From an uncultured Gemmatimonadales bacterium (GTDB lineage: Bacteria > Gemmatimonadota > Gemmatimonadetes > Longimicrobiales > RSA9), in NCBI GenBank assembly GCA_963741945.1, contig CAVUKA010000004.1, forward strand, positions 224,001-288,000: a stretch of DNA of 64,000 bases, in the 5' to 3' direction. Positions 11,154 to 20,617 of this stretch are shown here, piece after piece. The number at the start of each line of letters is the position of its first letter. Within the stretch, counting starts at the first letter, position 1. Made by a program: the position numbers and the translations under genes. A model generated the notes under the pieces. That model did no database searches, had not been told where the DNA came from, and saw only the letters and a list, made by a program, of their open reading frames with translations.

Positions 11154-12449
11154 ATGAGCGAGCCACAGAGTCGGGAGAACGGCGGGGTCACCGTCGCGGG
11201 GTCGACCGCGCCGCGTGACCCCGAGTCATTCGACGCGGTGAAGGTGCGCGAGCGCTTTCCGCTGCTCCAGGCGGACCCGGATGGCCGGCGGCTGGTTTAC
11301 CTGGACAGTGCGGCCACGGCGCAGCGGCCCGAGGCGGTGATCGAGGCCGTCTCCGAGTTCTATCGCCGCGACAACGCGAACGTCCACCGGGGCATCTACG
11401 AGCTCTCCCGCCGCGCCACGGAGCGGTTCGAGGACGCGCGTGCTGCGGTCGCGAGGATGCTGAACGCGCCATCGTCGTCCGAGATCGTCTGGACCCGGGG
11501 GACCACGGAGGCCATCAACCTGGTCGCCGCCACGTGGGGGGCCGAGAACGTGGGAGCGGGCGACGAGATCGTCCTCACCCTGCTCGACCATCACTCCAAC
11601 ATCGTCCCCTGGCAGCTCCTGGCGCGGCGCGCGGGCGCAAAGCTGCGATACGTCGGCATTGACGACCAGGGCCGCCTCAGGCTCGACGAGCTCGACAGTC
11701 TCCTGACCGAGCGCACGCGACTGGTGGCGTTGAACCACGTCTCGAATGCGCTGGGGACGGTGAACCCCGTTGCCGATGTGGTGGCGCGCGCGCACGCCGC
11801 CGGCGCGAAAGTGCTGGTGGACGGGGCGCAGGGGGCCCCACACCTCCCGGTGGACGTCCAGGCGCTGGGATGCGATTTCTACGCGCTCTCCGGCCACAAG
11901 ATGGGCGGACCCATGGGAATCGGGGCGCTCTGGGCGCGTCGCGACCTCCTGGAGGCCATGCCGCCGTATCAGGGCGGTGGTGAGATGATCGACGTGGTCG
12001 GTCCCGACGAGTCCACGTGGGCGGAGGTGCCGCACAAGTTCGAAGCGGGCACCCCGAACGTGGCCGGCGCGGTGGGAATGGCTGCGGCGGTGGAGTTCCT
12101 CCGCGACCTGGGCGCTGAAGCCGTGGTGGCCCATGAGGCGGAGCTTGTGCGATATGGCCTGGACCGGCTGGGCGGGTTGAAGGGCGTGCGACTGTTCGGG
12201 CCCACGGTGCCCGAGGACCGGATCGCCGTATTCTCGTTCGCCCTCGACGGGGTCCACCCGCACGATGTGGCCACCATCCTGGACGCGGAGGGGATCGCCG
12301 TGCGGGCGGGGCATCATTGCACGCAGCCCCTCATGCGGCGGCTGAAGGTCCCCGCGACGACCCGCGCCTCCTGTTACGTGTACAACACCACCGACGACCT
12401 CGACCGCCTGGCGGAGGGGCTGGAAAAGGCCCGCGCCATCTTCGGCTGA
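11154..12449 (+). CDS. sufS: Cysteine desulfurase SufS
   Basis: YLDSAAT, ANVHRG, SGHKM, FEAGTP, VRAGHHC. Confidence 0.95.
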   Translation: MSEPQSRENGGVTVAGSTAPRDPESFDAVKVRERFPLLQADPDGRRLVYLDSAATAQRPEAVIEAVSEFYRRDNANVHRGIYELSRRATERFEDARAAVARMLNAPSSSEIVWTRGTTEAINLVAATWGAENVGAGDEIVLTLLDHHSNIVPWQLLARRAGAKLRYVGIDDQGRLRLDELDSLLTERTRLVALNHVSNALGTVNPVADVVARAHAAGAKVLVDGAQGAPHLPVDVQALGCDFYALSGHKMGGPMGIGALWARRDLLEAMPPYQGGGEMIDVVGPDESTWAEVPHKFEAGTPNVAGAVGMAAAVEFLRDLGAEAVVAHEAELVRYGLDRLGGLKGVRLFGPTVPEDRIAVFSFALDGVHPHDVATILDAEGIAVRAGHHCTQPLMRRLKVPATTRASCYVYNTTDDLDRLAEGLEKARAIFG

Positions 12450-12490
12450 GGCATCGTCGCAGAGCAGAAACTCGAACGCCGAATCACCCG

Positions 12491-12958
12491 ATGGACCGAT
12501 CGACGCCAGCGCTGGGAGACCTCTTCCAGGACATCATACTCGAGCATTACAGGCGGCCACGGAACAAGGGGTCGCTGGACGGCGCCACCGTTACCGTGCA
12601 CATGAACAATCCCACCTGTGGTGACGAGGTCATGCTCTACCTCGGGGTGGAGGACGGGGTGGTGAAGGACGTGGCGTTCGAGGGCGAAGGGTGCTCGATC
12701 TCGCAGTCGTCCATCTCCATGATGACGCAGATCCTGAAGGACCAGCCCGTAGCGGAGGGGCTGCGCCTGGCCGACCGGTTCAAGGAAATGATGCACGGCA
12801 ACGCCGAAGCCGCGAAGGACAAGGAGCTTCGCGACGCCCGCGCGCTGGCCGGTGTGAGCAAGTTCCCGACGCGCATCAAGTGCGCGCTGCTCGGCTGGAA
12901 CGCGTTCGAGGAAGCGGCGAAGCAGGTTTCGAACGGGAAGAAGCAGCCACCGGCGTAG
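12491..12958 (+). CDS. sufU: SUF system NifU-family protein SufU
   Basis: ILEHYRRPRN, NPTCGD, GCSIS, FPTRIKCALL. Confidence 0.93.
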   Translation: MDRSTPALGDLFQDIILEHYRRPRNKGSLDGATVTVHMNNPTCGDEVMLYLGVEDGVVKDVAFEGEGCSISQSSISMMTQILKDQPVAEGLRLADRFKEMMHGNAEAAKDKELRDARALAGVSKFPTRIKCALLGWNAFEEAAKQVSNGKKQPPA

Positions 12959-12970
12959 CACCGCCCGCGG

Positions 12971-14422
12971 CTAATCCGGCGGCCCCATGACCCGGGCCAG
13001 TGTCTCCTCGAGCGCTCCGCTCCGAAGTCCCTGGTCGACGGCGATCACCCTCCCATCGCGTCCCACCAGAACCGCGTGGGGAAGGACGTCAACATCGTAG
13101 GCCCGGGACAGCTCGCCCCGGAAGATCGAGTCCGCCCCCACGAACGCATGCGTCCACGGCATCGGCCACTTCCGCCGGAACGCCGCCACGTCCGATCGCT
13201 CCTCATCGTACGACACACTGAGGATGTCGAAGCCGCGGGCGTGGAAGTGGCGGTACGCTCGCTCGAGCACGGGCACCTGGGCCACACAGGGCACGCACCA
13301 CGTGGCCCAGAAATCCACCAGCCACACCTTCCCGGCGAACCGCTCCGGCCGTATCGGGTCGGCATCGGCGGACAACGGAGGGAAAGCGACGGCAGGGACG
13401 GGGCTGCCCTCGTCCAGCGCTTCGCCCGGTGGCGCCGCGGCGGCGTGGCGGTACGCGCTGCTCTCGGGATAGTCCGTCCGGAGCTGCTGGAAGAGTGCGA
13501 CGGCTTCCGCCTGGCGCCCTGATCCTCGCGCCAGCGCCACCCGCTCGTCCAGCGCCCACGCCCGCGCGTCTGCGTCGGGATTCTCCTCCGCCACCCGGCG
13601 CAGGTACTCGTCGGCGCGACGGCTCGCCAGCGTCTCCCGACCCGCCGCGGCCTCGGCGTCCTGCGCCGCACGAGTCGGTGCGCGGGATCCGCCGGCCCCC
13701 TCCGCCAGCCTGGCGAACGTCGGGACCTTGAGAAGGTCGAGAGGTCGACGCGCCCACACGAGGGCGGTGGCGGGGATCCCCGCGAGGACGGTGTCGTAGA
13801 CCGGGTCCGCGAGCTGACCGCTCACGAACCCCGAGAGAGCCAGCGCCAGCCACGCGGCCGCGCGAACTTCCTCGCCGGGGTCGCTCGTGGCGATGATGCG
13901 CAGGGTGTCCGGCCACGCGCCGAGGTCGAGGGCAGGCGGCGCCGATGCACCCGCGGCCACCGCTCCCAGGTATGCGTCGTTCTGCCGGGCCTGAACCGCG
14001 CGGATCTGGTCGAGGATCCGGCCCCAGCGCGCCGATTCCGGATCCCCTCGCGCCCTGCGGAGCTCCGGGCGCGGCATGGCCGGGCCCAGGAGCACGTTGA
14101 ATTCCTGCGTCCCGCTCGTCAGCAGGAGCGCGGCCCACGCCCACGCCCCGTAGTCGCCCGCACTGTCCGCGGAGAAGCCGATGAGCCCCGAGCCGCCGGC
14201 CGGGACGCGCAAGCGGACGCGGCCGGCGGAGTCCGTGCGGGCCTGGACGGTGCTGTCGGCGAGGTCGACCACGAGGCGGACGTTCAGCCCCGCCAGGGGC
14301 CGGCCGTCGCGGTCGTGCGCCACCGCGATCACGGTAGCGGGGCGTGCGCTCGGGCTGCACGCCACGAAGGTCGCGGCGGCCGCGAGGGCGACAACGGCGC
14401 GGGCAATCCGTCCAGGCGGCAT
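12971..14422 (-). CDS. TlpA-family thiol-disulfide oxidoreductase lipoprotein with N-terminal beta-sandwich and helical domains
   Basis: DFWATWCVPC in the C-terminal thioredoxin fold; lipobox FVAC. Confidence 0.8.
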   Translation of the reverse strand: MPPGRIARAVVALAAAATFVACSPSARPATVIAVAHDRDGRPLAGLNVRLVVDLADSTVQARTDSAGRVRLRVPAGGSGLIGFSADSAGDYGAWAWAALLLTSGTQEFNVLLGPAMPRPELRRARGDPESARWGRILDQIRAVQARQNDAYLGAVAAGASAPPALDLGAWPDTLRIIATSDPGEEVRAAAWLALALSGFVSGQLADPVYDTVLAGIPATALVWARRPLDLLKVPTFARLAEGAGGSRAPTRAAQDAEAAAGRETLASRRADEYLRRVAEENPDADARAWALDERVALARGSGRQAEAVALFQQLRTDYPESSAYRHAAAAPPGEALDEGSPVPAVAFPPLSADADPIRPERFAGKVWLVDFWATWCVPCVAQVPVLERAYRHFHARGFDILSVSYDEERSDVAAFRRKWPMPWTHAFVGADSIFRGELSRAYDVDVLPHAVLVGRDGRVIAVDQGLRSGALEETLARVMGPPD

Positions 14423-14591
14423 TCCAGACCGGGTCCTTTTCAAGGGCAGCATGTGGACGTTCGCGCCGCCGTCGCGGCCGGTCAACTGCGGTCGCGGCCT
14501 GGTGCTTGCCACGGTCCGGTGCCGCCCGGCACCTTGTCGGACAGTCCGGGCACCTCGGGTGGGCACCCACCGAACGAGCCGGGAGGCGCAC

Positions 14592-15914
14592 ATGAGTGAA
14601 CAGGACGGCCGGCTGAGCGGCGCGGGACGGATCGGTCGAAGGGTGGCCATCATCGCGGGGTGTCGGACCCCGTTCGCGAAGTCCGGGACCGCATTCCGGG
14701 ACATGACGGCCATCGACCTGGGCACGATCGCCGTGCGGGAGCTGCTCGGCCGGGCCGATCTGCAGGGCGATGAAGTGGATGAGCTGGTCTACGGCACGGT
14801 CGTGCATTCGGTGCAGGCGCCGAACATCGCGCGGGAGGTGAGTCTGCGCGCCGGCGTATCGCCGACCGTTCCTTCCTTCACCGTGAGCCGGGCGTGCGCG
14901 AGCGCCAACCAGGCCATCACGTCCGGGGCGGAGAAGATCGCGCTCGGGCAGGGGGACGTGGTGATCGCCGGCGGTGCAGAGTCGCTTTCCGACATTCCGA
15001 TCATGGTGTCACGGCCGCTGCGCGACCGGCTCATTTCGCTGTCCAAGGCGAAGACCATGGGACAACGCCTGAAAGCGTTCGCCGGGTTCCGCCCGGGTGA
15101 GCTGGCGCCGATGACGCCGGCGATCGCAGAGCCATCCACGGGCGAGACGATGGGCGAGAGCGCGGAGCGGATGGCCAAGGAGAACGGGCTCAGCCGCGAA
15201 GCCCAGGACCGCTGGGCGCTCCGGTCGCACGAGCTCGCCGCCGCCGGAACCGCCGACGGGCGGCTGACCGCCGAGATCACCCCCGTCTACATCCCGCCGC
15301 GCTACGAGGACGTGGTGGACGCGGACAACGGCATTCGAGCCGACACCAGCCTTCAGAAGCTGGCCGCGCTGCGCCCCGCGTTCGACCGGAAGTACGGCAG
15401 CGTCACGGCTGGCAACGCGTCGCCGCTGACCGATGGCGCTTCCGCGGTCCTGCTCATGAGCGAGGAGCGTGCGAAGGCGGAAGGCAGAGAGCCTCTGGGC
15501 TACATCCGAAGCTGGGCCTACGCCGCGCTTGCCCCTTCCGACCAGTTGCTCCAGGGCCCGGCGTTCGCCGTGCCGCGGGCGCTGGACCGCGCGGGCGTTG
15601 CCATGAAGGACATCGAGCTCTGGGAGATGCACGAGGCCTTCGCCGCGCAGGTGCTCTCCAACCTGCAATGGCTGGACTCGGACACCTTCGCCCGTGAGCG
15701 CCTTGGACGCGCCTCCCGGGTCGGCGTCATCGACGAGGACCGGATCAACGTCATGGGCGGGAGCATCGCCATCGGTCACCCCTTCGGCGCCACCGGGGGG
15801 CGCCTGACGGTCACGCTCCTGAACGAGATGGCGCGCCGCGGTGTCGGGATCGGCCTGATCAGCGTGTGTGCGGCGGGTGCCCTCGGCTTCGCCATGGTGC
15901 TCGAGCGGGCGTAG
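14592..15914 (+). CDS. fadI: Acetyl-CoA C-acyltransferase (3-ketoacyl-CoA thiolase)
   Basis: RTPFAKSGT, SRACASA, TAGNASPLTDGA, HEAFAAQ, GHPFGATG, CAAG. Confidence 0.9.
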   Translation: MSEQDGRLSGAGRIGRRVAIIAGCRTPFAKSGTAFRDMTAIDLGTIAVRELLGRADLQGDEVDELVYGTVVHSVQAPNIAREVSLRAGVSPTVPSFTVSRACASANQAITSGAEKIALGQGDVVIAGGAESLSDIPIMVSRPLRDRLISLSKAKTMGQRLKAFAGFRPGELAPMTPAIAEPSTGETMGESAERMAKENGLSREAQDRWALRSHELAAAGTADGRLTAEITPVYIPPRYEDVVDADNGIRADTSLQKLAALRPAFDRKYGSVTAGNASPLTDGASAVLLMSEERAKAEGREPLGYIRSWAYAALAPSDQLLQGPAFAVPRALDRAGVAMKDIELWEMHEAFAAQVLSNLQWLDSDTFARERLGRASRVGVIDEDRINVMGGSIAIGHPFGATGGRLTVTLLNEMARRGVGIGLISVCAAGALGFAMVLERA

Positions 15915-16836
15915 GCGGCTCGCCCTCCACCCGACGCAGCGTCCGCCAGGCAATCAGCGCCCGCCGAGCCCCGTAGTCGTGGCCCCACGAGCCGTCGCCC
16001 TGCTGCGCGGCGGTCAGCAGACGAGCACCGTTCCACAACGCCCGCCTCGCCTGCTCCGGCGAGATGCCCGCGTCCCAGGCGGCAGTGAGCACTTCCAGCG
16101 CCTGGTAGGCATCGGTCTCCACCCAGCTGCCATCGCCCCGCTGCTTCGCGGACACGAGCCGTAGCCCCCACTCGGCCGAGGCACGGTCTTCCGGGACCGG
16201 GGACATCACCAGGGCATGGACAGCGGACAGGAGAGCCGTGGTCGTGAGGCCCGGGGTCTCCACGCGACTCCAGGCACGGACCAGCGCGCCCAGGCCACGC
16301 AGGTGGAGCCTCGAATCCGGCCCATCGTCGCCCCACGCGAGCAGCGCCCGGAGCGCCGTGGTGGAAGCGACGAAGCGCACTTCCGAATCCCCTCGGAGTA
16401 CCCCGCCCGCCGACGTCCTCGTCTCGCCGTACACCATCTCCGGCGGCCCCGCCGAGAAGAAGCCGCCGAGGAAATGGTGACACAGGGCCATTTCGTGCCG
16501 CTCTGGCGTGCACCCGTCGCTCCATGCGCCCGCCGCGCCCCGCCGGCGGCGGAGCCAGTCCAGCGCCCGTCCGACCCCGGGGTCCTGCTCGACCACGCCG
16601 GCAGCCTGGCGGAGCTCCTGGATCAGCAGGAGCGCCGCAGCCGTTTCCCGGACGTCCCCTGCCCAGGCAGCGGAGGCGTCCTGGTCGTCGAGTACGCGTC
16701 TCACCCAGCGCTGCGCCTGCTGTGAATCCGGCGCCATTCCCGATTCATGGGCGGCGATAACGCCTTCCGGTGCGTCCAGCCCCGCCAGCCAGGCGCCCGC
16801 AGCGCTCAGCGCCACGGTGATCGCCTCCGCCGTCAT
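15859..16836 (-). CDS. Prenyltransferase/squalene-oxidase-repeat (alpha/alpha barrel) protein of unknown function
   Basis: QW-like repeats QRGDGSW, QQGDGSW, QDASAAW; ATGA overlap with the upstream M20 gene. Confidence 0.65.
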   Translation of the reverse strand: MTAEAITVALSAAGAWLAGLDAPEGVIAAHESGMAPDSQQAQRWVRRVLDDQDASAAWAGDVRETAAALLLIQELRQAAGVVEQDPGVGRALDWLRRRRGAAGAWSDGCTPERHEMALCHHFLGGFFSAGPPEMVYGETRTSAGGVLRGDSEVRFVASTTALRALLAWGDDGPDSRLHLRGLGALVRAWSRVETPGLTTTALLSAVHALVMSPVPEDRASAEWGLRLVSAKQRGDGSWVETDAYQALEVLTAAWDAGISPEQARRALWNGARLLTAAQQGDGSWGHDYGARRALIAWRTLRRVEGEPPTPARAPWRSRGHPPHTR

Positions 16837-18035
16837 GACAGGAACCGGCCGGCCGCGGCCCGGAGCACCGCATGGGCGCGCCGGATCTCGTCCACCGGGG
16901 CCGATTCGTCCGCCGAATGTGCCTCCCCGATGCTGCCGGGCCCGAAGCAGAGGGCGGGGGTTCCCGAATGGTTGAAGAGGTCCGCTTCCACCCACGCGCT
17001 CATCCCCGCAATGCGGGGCTCGAGGCCCTGGTCCGAGGCGGCGTCCCCGATGATCCGGACCAGCTCGTGCCCGCTCTCGATCTCGCTCGCCGCCTGATGA
17101 AGCGCCACCGAGACCTTTGCCTCGAGCGTGGGGACTTCCGTGCGGAGCTCCCCCAGGAGGAACTCCACTTCCGCAGTCACCGCTTCGGCTGTCTCGCCGG
17201 GGAGCATCCGGCGCTCCAGCGTGAGACAGCACGCGTCCGGATACACGGACGGCGCACTGCCGCCCCGGATGGTCCCCGCGTGGATCGACCCGTGGCCGAG
17301 CAGGGGATGCGGAGCGCGCCGGGCGAGCGTGGACTCGATCTCGTCCAGACGCGCCAGGAATCGACCGGCGTGGCGGATCGCGTCCACCCCCCGGTCCGGC
17401 TGCGAACCGTGAGCCGCCTGCCCCCGGAAATCCACCTGGATCCAGGCGAACCCCTTGTGCGCCGGCATGACAGCCAGCTCCGTGGGCTCGCAGACGATGG
17501 CGCCATCCGCTTGCAGGCCCTCTTCCACCAGGCGACGACACCCGGCGGCCGCCTCCTCCTCGTCGGCCGTGAACGCTACCGTCAGCCTGCCGCGGAATCC
17601 CTCCCCGGGCGCGTCCGGCCCCGTGGCCAGGTCACGGGCGGCCGCCAGTGCTGCGGCCAGTCCACCCTTCATGTCCGCGGCTCCCCGGCCCCACAATCGC
17701 CCTTCGAGGATCTCGCCCGCGAACGGGGCCACACCCATCCCCTCGACACCCACCGTATCGAGGTGACCGCTCAGGATGAGGGAACGACCGGGACCCCGGT
17801 CCAGAGTGCCCACCACGCTGTGGCGCCCCGCCGGGGCTTCCACGAGGCGTACATCGAACCCCCACGCAGTCAGCCACCCAGCCACGAGCCGCGCGATCCC
17901 CGTCTCTCCCGCACCGTTCGGCTCCAACCCCGGATTCACCGACGGCTCGCGCACCAGAACCCTCGCCAGCTCGACCACGTCCTGTGGCGCGGGCGCAACT
18001 TGGTGCCGAGGGAGTACATCTTTTCGCTCGTTCAT
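16833..18035 (-). CDS. ArgE/DapE family deacylase (M20)
   Basis: GHLDTV, GRGAADMKGG, DEE, CEPT, AHSADE. Confidence 0.9.
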   Translation of the reverse strand: MNERKDVLPRHQVAPAPQDVVELARVLVREPSVNPGLEPNGAGETGIARLVAGWLTAWGFDVRLVEAPAGRHSVVGTLDRGPGRSLILSGHLDTVGVEGMGVAPFAGEILEGRLWGRGAADMKGGLAAALAAARDLATGPDAPGEGFRGRLTVAFTADEEEAAAGCRRLVEEGLQADGAIVCEPTELAVMPAHKGFAWIQVDFRGQAAHGSQPDRGVDAIRHAGRFLARLDEIESTLARRAPHPLLGHGSIHAGTIRGGSAPSVYPDACCLTLERRMLPGETAEAVTAEVEFLLGELRTEVPTLEAKVSVALHQAASEIESGHELVRIIGDAASDQGLEPRIAGMSAWVEADLFNHSGTPALCFGPGSIGEAHSADESAPVDEIRRAHAVLRAAAGRFLS

Positions 18036-18083
18036 GCGCTCGTTCCGGGGCCGCATGGCGACGGAAAAACAGCGGCATTATTC

Positions 18084-18287
18084 TTGACCAGGAGACTCTC
18101 CGAGCCCCGCGAACCGGGAGGGATTATCCGTACCATCAATGTGAGTCTGCTGGCCATGGCCGCGCTGGCGACGGGGTACCTGCTGAACCGGATCCGACGT
18201 CCCCCGCTCGAGCCGATCGAACCCCAGGTCCCGAAGGAGACCGGGGGGCAGCTGTCGCTGGAAAAGCTGCGCGCGGCCGGCTTCTAG
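18084..18287 (+). CDS. Possible small single-TM protein
   Basis: Fills the intergenic gap; INVSLLAMAALATGYLL helix followed by a basic stretch; start uncertain (TTG 18084, GTG 18141 or ATG 18156). Confidence 0.4.
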   Translation: MTRRLSEPREPGGIIRTINVSLLAMAALATGYLLNRIRRPPLEPIEPQVPKETGGQLSLEKLRAAGF

Positions 18288-18314
18288 ACGCCGAGTCCCC
18301 GATGGCGGATCGTC

Positions 18315-18779
18315 CTACGACGAATGGTCGTGGACGATCACCCACCTGTCCCCCGCCTTCCGGAAGGTGAGGGAGAAGTTTCCGGTTGCCCTGTTTTCCC
18401 CCGAATCCCGGTCGTAGAGCACGAATCGTCCGAACGCGATCGCGGTGTAGGGCGCGACCTGGCGCACGTCCAGGCCCTCGTAGCGGAGCGCGTCGTGCGG
18501 CCCGCCATCCCGCCAGTAGGCGTTCTGATAGACGGCACGGATCTCCTGCCGGCCATGGACGAGGCCCCGCGATGTGACGAACGTGGCATCCTCTGCGTAG
18601 TCGCCCACGAACGCATCCAGGTCGCCGCGATTCCAGGCGGCGGCGGACCCATCCATGATTTCCGTGATCCGGGCGGTCACGCCGGCGCCGCTCTCCGGCC
18701 GACCCGCCTGCGGGGGGCGGGCACACGCCCCGAGGAGGAGCGCGACCGCGAGTACTACCGCCGTGGGCGGCTCAGTCAA
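18315..18779 (-). CDS. NTF2-like (SnoaL/DUF4440) lipoprotein
   Basis: Lipobox [28 protein letters not shown] start overlaps the ferredoxin stop. Confidence 0.8.
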   Translation of the reverse strand: MTEPPTAVVLAVALLLGACARPPQAGRPESGAGVTARITEIMDGSAAAWNRGDLDAFVGDYAEDATFVTSRGLVHGRQEIRAVYQNAYWRDGGPHDALRYEGLDVRQVAPYTAIAFGRFVLYDRDSGENRATGNFSLTFRKAGDRWVIVHDHSS

Positions 18780-19005
18780 AGAACGCGCGGTTCTTCTCAA
18801 TGTAGTTGGTCCACTCCGGGGGGACGTCCGTGTCGGGGAAGATCGCTGTGACCGGGCACTCGGGCTCGCACGCACCACAGTCGATGCACTCGTCCGGGTG
18901 GATGTAGTACTGGTCTTCTCCTTCATAGATGCAGTCCACCGGGCAGACTTCGACGCAGCTCGCGTCCTTCGTTCCAATGCACGGCTCGGCGATCACATAT
19001 GGCAT
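18772..19005 (-). CDS. Dicluster (7Fe-type) ferredoxin
   Basis: [18 protein letters not shown] and [12 protein letters not shown]. Confidence 0.95.
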   Translation of the reverse strand: MPYVIAEPCIGTKDASCVEVCPVDCIYEGEDQYYIHPDECIDCGACEPECPVTAIFPDTDVPPEWTNYIEKNRAFFD

Positions 19006-19084
19006 TCTGCTTCCTCAACTCCTTCGATAGCGGGAGCCAAAATAGTGCACGGAGTCAAAGCCCGTTGCAAGGGCCGTCACGAGA

Positions 19085-19636
19085 TCAGTCGCGCGGCTGC
19101 CAGGGCGTTTCCGGCGCGCCGGCGCGATGGTTCGCGACACGGGCGAACTCGAAGAGCAGGTCGGACAACCGGTTCAGGTAGACCAGCAGTTCCGGCGCCA
19201 CCTCCTCCTTCTCCGCCAGGCGCACGATGGCCCGCTCGGCCCGCCGGCACACGGTCCTGGCCACATGAAGCGCTGCGCCCGCGGCGGCGCCGCCCGGGAG
19301 GATGAAGGAGCGAAGCGGGGCGAGCTCTTCCTCGGCCTCGTCCATCCAGCGCTCGAACTCCGCTGGACGCCCATCCGGCAGTGGCGGGACGTGTGCCGCG
19401 GCTTTCGCTCCCGGCGGTGTGGCAAGGCTCGCGCCAATGGCGAAGAGGTCGGCCTGCACCGTGGTCAGGCGACTCCGGAGCTCGGCGTCGCTCGCCTGCG
19501 TCAGCGCCCACCCGAGCGCCGCGTTCAGCTCGTCCACCTCCCCGTACGCCGTCACGCGCGCGCTGGACTTTCGCACGCGCCCGCCGCCGAAGAGTCCGGT
19601 GTCCCCACTGTCGCCGGTCCTCGTATAGATCTTCAT
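19085..19636 (-). CDS. PduO-type ATP:cob(I)alamin adenosyltransferase
   Basis: KIYTRTGDSG, YGEVDELN, RTVCRRAER, YLNRLSD. Confidence 0.93.
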   Translation of the reverse strand: MKIYTRTGDSGDTGLFGGGRVRKSSARVTAYGEVDELNAALGWALTQASDAELRSRLTTVQADLFAIGASLATPPGAKAAAHVPPLPDGRPAEFERWMDEAEEELAPLRSFILPGGAAAGAALHVARTVCRRAERAIVRLAEKEEVAPELLVYLNRLSDLLFEFARVANHRAGAPETPWQPRD

Positions 19637-20574
19637 GCGGTCCGTTCCTGATCAACAGTGGCTCGCTCCAGGAGCTCGAGGGCACCCGCCCCGGCATCGA
19701 GGCGGGCGCGCACACCGATCGGCAGGGTCCAGTTCTCCCGACCATGGCCGAACGGGAGCCCGATCACGGCTGGCACGCCGAGGGGCTGCAGGATCTCGTC
19801 CAGCAGGTCGACGAGCCCCGCGGCTCGGTCGGCGCCCGGGCGAGCTCCTGCGATGTCCCTGAACTCGCCCAGCGCCACGCCCGCCACGCCATCGAGGACG
19901 CCCGCGAGCTCGAGCTGTTTCAGCATGCGATCGATCCGGTACAGCGGCTCGCCGACGTCCTCGATGAAGAGAATGGCACCGCGGGCGTCCGCCTGGTAGC
20001 GCGTGCCGCAGCTGGCGGCGAGGAGGGCCAGGTTGCCCCCGACGAGAGGGCCTTCGGCCACCCCCGCGGCCAGGCACCGCGGGCGCGGCCATCCCGGCGG
20101 CAACGGCAGCGGCCCGGCGGGATGGCCGCTCATCAGCACCCGCCGGAACGCCATCTCCGTGGCGGGGGGGAAATGGCGGTACCCGGCGTGAGGGCCGTGG
20201 AAGGACACGACGCCCAGTCGAAACAGCGCCAGGTGCACGATCGTGTTGTCACTGAAGCCGATCACTGCCTTCGGGCGGTCTTTCAGCCCCGCCAGATCCA
20301 GGTGCTGGAGCGTCCGCATGCCGCCGTAGCCGCCGCGCAGCATCCAGATCGCCGCGACCTCACCGTCGATGGCGCGCTGGAAATCGCCAGCCCGCTCCCG
20401 GTCCGGGCCCGCCAGGTAGCCGAGGCGGAGCCGCGCCGCCCCGCCGAGCACGGGCTCGAGACCGAGGCCGCCACAACGCCGCAATGCAGTGCGGATCGCC
20501 GCGTCGCTCACGGGACCGGCCGGGGCGATCAACGCCACGCGGTCCCCGGGTCTCAACGTGGGGGGGAGGGTCAC
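19633..20574 (-). CDS. ldcA: LD-carboxypeptidase (peptidase S66)
   Basis: RGGYG, GFSD, GGNL, EDVGE, FGH. Confidence 0.9.
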   Translation of the reverse strand: MTLPPTLRPGDRVALIAPAGPVSDAAIRTALRRCGGLGLEPVLGGAARLRLGYLAGPDRERAGDFQRAIDGEVAAIWMLRGGYGGMRTLQHLDLAGLKDRPKAVIGFSDNTIVHLALFRLGVVSFHGPHAGYRHFPPATEMAFRRVLMSGHPAGPLPLPPGWPRPRCLAAGVAEGPLVGGNLALLAASCGTRYQADARGAILFIEDVGEPLYRIDRMLKQLELAGVLDGVAGVALGEFRDIAGARPGADRAAGLVDLLDEILQPLGVPAVIGLPFGHGRENWTLPIGVRARLDAGAGALELLERATVDQERTA

Positions 20575-20617
20575 GGGGGCGAAGGTGCCATGCCCGCCGG
20601 CGCCGCGCCAGCCCGCT

